In this document: positions 57,422 through 64,000 of the stretch, one piece after another
Position numbering within the stretch: the stretch's first letter is position 1
Layout: each line of letters starts with the position of its first letter
Assembly (NCBI GenBank): GCA_965658655.1
Contig: CBFHTA010000002.1
Span: forward strand, 175,841-239,840
Length of the DNA stretch: 64,000 nt
Direction: 5' to 3'
DNA from: Candidatus Babelota bacterium
GTDB taxonomy: Bacteria; Babelota; Babeliae; Babelales; CAIQNR01
The notes under the pieces: generated by a model
The model's database searches: none
Told to the model about the DNA's origin: nothing
The model's input: the letters and a program-made list of their open reading frames with translations, nothing else
Position numbers and translations under genes: made by a program

Positions 57422-58933
57422 ATGAAGAAAACCCTTATCATCGCCCTTCTATTAGCAAGCTTAGAAAGCTTATGTACAGCATCTCATGGCTCGTCTTCAA
57501 AATTAGCAACGTATATAGGAAAAAGTAATTTCATGTCCATAGGCGCTACAACATTAGATGCTACACTAATTATTAATACACCTGGAATTTATGTTTTAAC
57601 CGAAAATATTGCTTCTGCAGTCACATCTAATCAAGTTATTAATGTTAACTCAGACAACGTTGTCTTAGACCTGAATGGCTATACCATTACAGGCCAAAAC
57701 GACTCTAATATGAACGGTATAGAAGTAGCTGCTGGAAAGAGAAATGTAGAGATTAAAAATGGCACGGTCTACAACGTTGGAAACTCAGGTATCAAAGTAA
57801 ATGGGTCAGTGCAAAATCTCAAAATCAGAGACATTACATTCAACACCTGCAATGGAAACAGCGGGAGTCAATCGGGAGGAATTGCTCTTATAGGAGCATC
57901 TGGCACCGAAGTTGAACATTGCGTTGTAGACAATTGTGTAACTTTTTCTATTGTTCCTCAAACAAGTGATGCATATGGAATTTACGCAAAGAGTACACGC
58001 TACTTAACAATTAAAAATTGCCGAGCAGAGGCTGTTCGAAATATTGGAAAAAATCAAGATGCTATTGGTTATTATGTAGAAGCAAGTGAATACCCTTCCA
58101 TTATTAACTCAGATGCTTATTTAACCGAAGGAGGAGACAAAGGAGCTGGTGTCTATCTTCTAACTTGTACAAGCGCACATCTTACAGATTGCACAATGCA
58201 AGGATCTAAAGCAACCGATATTGCTACTGAACGTGACCCAGGAAAAGGCTATGGTTTTTACTTTGAAAATGCAAACAACTCTCTTATTACTGGCTGTAGA
58301 GGCACCGATAACGCTGGAGTTAATTCAGGACACGGTTTTTATGTAACCGGTTGTATTAATAATCGCTTTTTAAATTGCGCTGCAGAAGGAAATCATCAAA
58401 CTAGTAGTTCAGGAGCAGCATATTCTTCAGGATTTTCAGCAACCTCAAACGCTACTTATGGTGCTACAATGGGATGTGTTTTTAAGAATTGTACAGCTAT
58501 TGGCAACAAAACATTTAATGGATCATCTCAAGGAGCTGCAGGATTTATATTAGAGGGAACTACCCGTTCTTGTATCATTGAAAACTGCCTCGCATTAGGA
58601 AACGATGGCAAAGATGGAAAAGGAGTTGGAATTTATCTAAATGGTAACAACATTCTTTTAAATATTATAAAAAACAATCAAGTGTTTTCTAATACAGCTA
58701 CTTCATCAAGTGCATACGGAATATTTGAGAACACCTCGGGAAGCCCACTTACACTTTTCTTTGAAAATATTTGTGCTGATAATGCAGATAGTGGCGGAAC
58801 AGGGGGCCTTGACTTATCAACCGGAGATGCGAGTGCACTCATCCCCATAATAGGAACCAGTCTAAGTACATTCGAAAGCACTCAAGAGAATATCAAAGGA
58901 TACAATTTTATTGCCGATGCAGCCCATACATAA
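57422..58933 (+). CDS. Secreted beta-helix protein 5
   Basis: Signal peptide; INTPGIYVLTENI, VNSDNVVLDLNGYTI, NCAAEGN/NCTAIGN/NCLALGN coils. Confidence 0.87.
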   Translation: MKKTLIIALLLASLESLCTASHGSSSKLATYIGKSNFMSIGATTLDATLIINTPGIYVLTENIASAVTSNQVINVNSDNVVLDLNGYTITGQNDSNMNGIEVAAGKRNVEIKNGTVYNVGNSGIKVNGSVQNLKIRDITFNTCNGNSGSQSGGIALIGASGTEVEHCVVDNCVTFSIVPQTSDAYGIYAKSTRYLTIKNCRAEAVRNIGKNQDAIGYYVEASEYPSIINSDAYLTEGGDKGAGVYLLTCTSAHLTDCTMQGSKATDIATERDPGKGYGFYFENANNSLITGCRGTDNAGVNSGHGFYVTGCINNRFLNCAAEGNHQTSSSGAAYSSGFSATSNATYGATMGCVFKNCTAIGNKTFNGSSQGAAGFILEGTTRSCIIENCLALGNDGKDGKGVGIYLNGNNILLNIIKNNQVFSNTATSSSAYGIFENTSGSPLTLFFENICADNADSGGTGGLDLSTGDASALIPIIGTSLSTFESTQENIKGYNFIADAAHT

Positions 58934-58944
58934 ACAGAGGTACC

Positions 58945-60330
58945 ATGATTAAAAATTTTATATTACTCACGTTCTTACTTTACAATTACTCTGCTTACGC
59001 ACAAACTCGAGGAATTCAACTTATACCTCAAACCGATGCTCGCTATACTCTTATTACTCCTCGAGAAACTATTCCATTAGTAATCAGTGTTCCGGGAAAT
59101 TACCGATTTAAAAATGGTGCCACTGTAGACTACACTTCATCTGGCACGATTCTTAAAATTACTTCTAGCGATGTTTCAATTGATTTACAACATTTTACTC
59201 TTTCTCAAAAAAATGCTGATCACTCACCTCTGGAAATAAGCGGTATAGAAATTGCAGAAGGACTAGCCAATGTCTCTATAAACAATGGAAAAATAAACAA
59301 TATAACTGGTACGGGTATTACCATAGGTCAAAATTGTGTAAACATTAATATTCATAATATGTACATTATTGAATCAAAAAAAATTGCTTTAACCGTAAAC
59401 ACCAATTGCAATAATATAGTAATAGATAATTGCTTAATTGCCCGTCTTAACTTTGCTAATGAGACCACTGTTGGCATGCGATTAATCACAAGCAAAAATG
59501 TTACTATTTCTCACTCTTCAATTGTAAACATTATAGGGCAAACTGGTTATAGTGCTTATGGATTATTTGCTACCGACTGCAACAACTGTTCCTTAGTCGA
59601 TTCAGTAGTGAGTGGCGTAACAGGAAAACATGCTCTGGGCATAGCACTTAATACATGTATTGATTGGATTATAGAAAACAACGAAAGCAACAACCATACT
59701 GCAATTGATGGATCTGCTACCGGTCTTTATATGGTAAAAAGCATAGCTAACAAAATTACTAATCTTGAAGCCTCTAATAACAAAGGAACCATGAATGGTT
59801 ACGGTCTACAAATAAAAATAAATTCAAATTACAATCGTTTTAGCAAATGCACTGCAAGTAACAACTATTCAAGCGGTTCTGGATCTGGATACGGATTTTT
59901 AATTAATAAAGGAAACAGTAACTATTTTGGTCATGTATCTGCTTTCGCTAATCGTGGAGGTTCAGATAGTGCTTGTGAAGGGACAGGCATCAAACTAGAA
60001 AAAGCAAAAGGCAATCTTATTGAATGCTCTACCTTTAGTGATAATAATGGAGAAACAGGTACAGGGTATGGTATTTACTTAGAAGATAGCGAAAAGTGTA
60101 TTATAGAAGAAAATAAACTGTACTACAATCAAGGATCTGCCGGAAGCTGGGGTATCCACGAAAAAGGAACACCATCAAGTTTTATAGCTGCAAACATTGC
60201 CTTTGGAAATCAAAATAATTTTGGTCTTAAAATAGAAAGTACTCTTAACGCTATTCAAAATATCTTTTTTGATGCTCCTCGCTCTGTGCAGCGTTCACAT
60301 AGAGGAAATGTAAATATTATTGGAAACTAA
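58945..60330 (+). CDS. Secreted beta-helix protein 6
   Basis: Signal peptide; ISVPGNY, ITSSDVSIDL, GYG..I...N.N coils. Confidence 0.85.
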   Translation: MIKNFILLTFLLYNYSAYAQTRGIQLIPQTDARYTLITPRETIPLVISVPGNYRFKNGATVDYTSSGTILKITSSDVSIDLQHFTLSQKNADHSPLEISGIEIAEGLANVSINNGKINNITGTGITIGQNCVNINIHNMYIIESKKIALTVNTNCNNIVIDNCLIARLNFANETTVGMRLITSKNVTISHSSIVNIIGQTGYSAYGLFATDCNNCSLVDSVVSGVTGKHALGIALNTCIDWIIENNESNNHTAIDGSATGLYMVKSIANKITNLEASNNKGTMNGYGLQIKINSNYNRFSKCTASNNYSSGSGSGYGFLINKGNSNYFGHVSAFANRGGSDSACEGTGIKLEKAKGNLIECSTFSDNNGETGTGYGIYLEDSEKCIIEENKLYYNQGSAGSWGIHEKGTPSSFIAANIAFGNQNNFGLKIESTLNAIQNIFFDAPRSVQRSHRGNVNIIGN

Positions 60331-60341
60331 AAAGGAGTTTC

Positions 60342-63011
60342 ATGAAAAATCATATTTTGCTTTTAGCTCTCATGACAAGCAGTGTATTAGGAACTATTGA
60401 AGACCTGATACCTACAACCACTCAAAAACGTTCTCTTGGATACTTACTTTATAACACTACCTCAACCACCCCTCTTGCCGCAGGAGAAGAATATAATAGT
60501 GGCCCAATAGATATCGCAGAATTTAGCATGATTAGTCTTGTCATTACAGGAACCCCTGCTACCGCAAAAGGTGATCTTTATCTTGAATTTTCACCCGACA
60601 GTATGAATTGGGACCATTCTATTCATATTCCCGTTGAAAATTTAGAAACTGAACCTCCCCATACTTTTCTTCCTGTTTCTGTCTTTTTTAGAATTAGATA
60701 TGTTAATGGTTCCGTAGATCAAAATAGCATGCGTTTACAAGCGGTATTTCATAGAAGTGCTGCAAAAGGACTCACCTCTCGACTTGAAGGAACTTTAAAT
60801 TCAAGCGCCGATGTTGACAATGTTCGTGCGGTTATTGTTGGAAAAAACCCAAAGAATATCTACGAAAACACTCGGCAAGATGGCCCTGCCTTTAGAACAA
60901 CTACCAATTTAGGAGGCACAACACTTTCAGGCGAATTAACACTTGGCACCACGGGAACCCAAACTATTTTTACCGATCTTTCTGGTTTTGCTACACGCGG
61001 TTATATATATATTGATAGTGAATTAATTGGCTATAGTACTAATAATTTAACAGATACTCTTACCATTACAGAAAGAGGTGCTTTTGGCACTACTGACGCA
61101 ACTCATTCCTTAGGAGCAACAGTTGGAGAAGCCTATACAAGCGGCCTTTTAAAGCTAGATGGATATACAGAAGTCGCTACAAAAATGTTATGTTCAAATA
61201 CAGGAAGAATGAGGTTCCAATGGTACTCAGATGCTTTGGGAACACACAACATTAGAACAATAACACCCCCCTATGCAACTACTCATCTTTATGACTTTTT
61301 AGCGGCACCAAACTTTGGCCCGTATGTAAGATATACCTTTGCAAATACTCAACCATTTAACACAACAAATCTTTACTTTGAAACTGAATTTTACACTAAA
61401 TCTATATCTGCTCAAGTATTAACCTTAAATTCCTCAATAGTTGATGGTATGACTACCAACCTAACACGGTCCATAATGGCTGGTAAAAACCCTGCGGGAA
61501 ACTATCAAAATGTACAAATTAATGCTGAAAATGCTCTTGAAGTTGACGTTAAAGGATCCACTACTGCTTTCGGAGAAATTGGAACTTCTGAGGCCACTGC
61601 AATAAGTCAAATACAGTTTACCTATGGATTTAATCCGGCCCTCATGACCAATTATTTACATAATGGCGGTACAATGACACAAGACAATAACATGCTTGTT
61701 TTATCTACTGGAACAAACCAACAATCTCTTGCTAAAGTTGAATCTAATTTACCTATTCGCTACGGATCTGGGCAAGGAGCTTTTTGTAGATTTAGCGCAA
61801 AATTTACCTCTGGAGTTACTGGTTCTAGCCAATATGCAGGAGTTGGAGATCAAAGCAATGGATTTTTCTTTGGCTATAAAGACAATATATTCGGCATTAC
61901 TCGTAGAACAGGAGGGTCTCCTGAGGTTCGAACACTTACACTCACAGAAAAAGCGGAACAAGATCAAGATATCAACATTGTACTCGATGGAGTCATTAAA
62001 ACAATATCTGTAAGAGGAACAGATGACATTACAGATACTGCAAATGAAATTGCGAATGCAGATTATAGCCAAACAGGATCAGGATGGACTGCAAAAACCT
62101 CTGGAAGTTCCATAACATTTATTGCATGGGACGCATCACAAAGAAATGGAACGTATGCATTAACGGCAACAGAAAATCCTGTAAATAAAAGGCCTGAAGG
62201 AAGCTTTACTCAAACAATAGCCGGGAAAGCGCCTCAAGAATATTTCACACCACAAAACGAATGGAACATTGACCCATACAACGGAACAGGAGTAGGCGGC
62301 ATAACCCTAGACCCTACCAAAGGAAACATTTATCAAATTCGTTGGCAATGGCTAGGTTTTGGAGCAATAAGCTTTTTCGTAGAAAATCCTGCTACAGGAT
62401 CACTCGAAAGAGTACACACTGAACGATACCCAAACAACAATGAAAAACCAAGCGTTGAAGACCCCAATCTCAGACTTCATTTATCAACAAAAAATAGTAC
62501 TAATACAAGCAACATTAGACTATCATCTGCTTCTATTGCAGGGTTTATAGATGGCAAAGATACACCTTTTGGCGTACGCGCTGGTGTACAGGGAATCAAG
62601 AGTGTACGTCAAAAAGAAATTCCACTCATAACATTGCGCAACTCTTTGATTTATAATGGTAAAATCAACAACACTCGAGGACGCATAAATTTTTTATTTT
62701 TAGGATCTAATCATTCACAACCTATTCAAATAAATTTGTATGCAAATGCAACCCTCAAAGGTGCTTCTTTTGTCCCTGCCAATCCAATATCTTCTATGGA
62801 ATATGATAATTCTGCAACCGAACTAAGTGGAGGAATCTACGTAGGGAGCACGTATATACCACCAAAAGGCACACAAACAATTACCCTTTCATTCGACCCT
62901 ACTGCCGCACTTATGCCACCTGGAGGATCGTTCTCGCTTACTGCAAAATCTATTGGATCTAATAAAGCTGGAAACGTGTATGGAGTTTTCAATTTCCTAG
63001 AAGTTAAATAA
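60342..63011 (+). CDS. Secreted multidomain beta-rich protein resembling phage/giant-virus structural proteins
   Basis: Signal peptide; GYIYIDSELIGY...RGAFGTTDATH; TAFGEI; QNEWNIDPYNGTG..GITLDPTKGNIYQIRWQWLGFG. Confidence 0.65.
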   Translation: MKNHILLLALMTSSVLGTIEDLIPTTTQKRSLGYLLYNTTSTTPLAAGEEYNSGPIDIAEFSMISLVITGTPATAKGDLYLEFSPDSMNWDHSIHIPVENLETEPPHTFLPVSVFFRIRYVNGSVDQNSMRLQAVFHRSAAKGLTSRLEGTLNSSADVDNVRAVIVGKNPKNIYENTRQDGPAFRTTTNLGGTTLSGELTLGTTGTQTIFTDLSGFATRGYIYIDSELIGYSTNNLTDTLTITERGAFGTTDATHSLGATVGEAYTSGLLKLDGYTEVATKMLCSNTGRMRFQWYSDALGTHNIRTITPPYATTHLYDFLAAPNFGPYVRYTFANTQPFNTTNLYFETEFYTKSISAQVLTLNSSIVDGMTTNLTRSIMAGKNPAGNYQNVQINAENALEVDVKGSTTAFGEIGTSEATAISQIQFTYGFNPALMTNYLHNGGTMTQDNNMLVLSTGTNQQSLAKVESNLPIRYGSGQGAFCRFSAKFTSGVTGSSQYAGVGDQSNGFFFGYKDNIFGITRRTGGSPEVRTLTLTEKAEQDQDINIVLDGVIKTISVRGTDDITDTANEIANADYSQTGSGWTAKTSGSSITFIAWDASQRNGTYALTATENPVNKRPEGSFTQTIAGKAPQEYFTPQNEWNIDPYNGTGVGGITLDPTKGNIYQIRWQWLGFGAISFFVENPATGSLERVHTERYPNNNEKPSVEDPNLRLHLSTKNSTNTSNIRLSSASIAGFIDGKDTPFGVRAGVQGIKSVRQKEIPLITLRNSLIYNGKINNTRGRINFLFLGSNHSQPIQINLYANATLKGASFVPANPISSMEYDNSATELSGGIYVGSTYIPPKGTQTITLSFDPTAALMPPGGSFSLTAKSIGSNKAGNVYGVFNFLEVK

Positions 63012-63023
63012 AAAAAGGTTATT

Positions 63024-64000
<977 letters not shown>

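Noticed and set aside
381..62072. Numerous 60-135 aa ORFs overlapping longer genes in other frames or strands
   Set aside because: No recognisable motifs and they lie within well-supported genes; treated as shadow ORFs, except 35722..36060, which is the toxin N-terminus.

Overview
AT-rich bacterial chromosomal window. Its content resembles an intracellular parasite of protists such as Ca. Dependentiae/TM6; this is inferred from the many signal-peptide hypotheticals, ankyrin proteins and eukaryote-like domains, not from a marker gene. Housekeeping genes: tlyA, two tandem HtrA/Deg proteases, alpha2-type glyQS, DedA, Trk/Ktr pair, rplU, mutS, rluB-type synthase, dtd, uvrA, tRNA-His, tRNA-Pro, rodA, pyrD, ruvB, yebC. 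Candidate secreted effectors lie between them: an Nca2/DGS1-like protein, ankyrins, a RING-H2 protein, a possible ADP-ribosyltransferase, two paralogues with a conserved Cys/His pair, a P-loop protein and an EndoU toxin-immunity locus. Two things stand out. (1) A >16 kb co-directional operon (47329 to the window end) encodes six Cys-rich beta-helix proteins with shared N- and C-terminal motifs, an outer-membrane barrel candidate, a phage-structural-like protein and a collagen-like protein: a candidate surface fibre/coat export system. (2) Twice, an accessory gene directly downstream of a housekeeping gene (rluB, uvrA) ends in a copy of that gene's 3' tail, which suggests integrase-free gene capture. 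All family calls come from reading motifs by eye; no searches were run.
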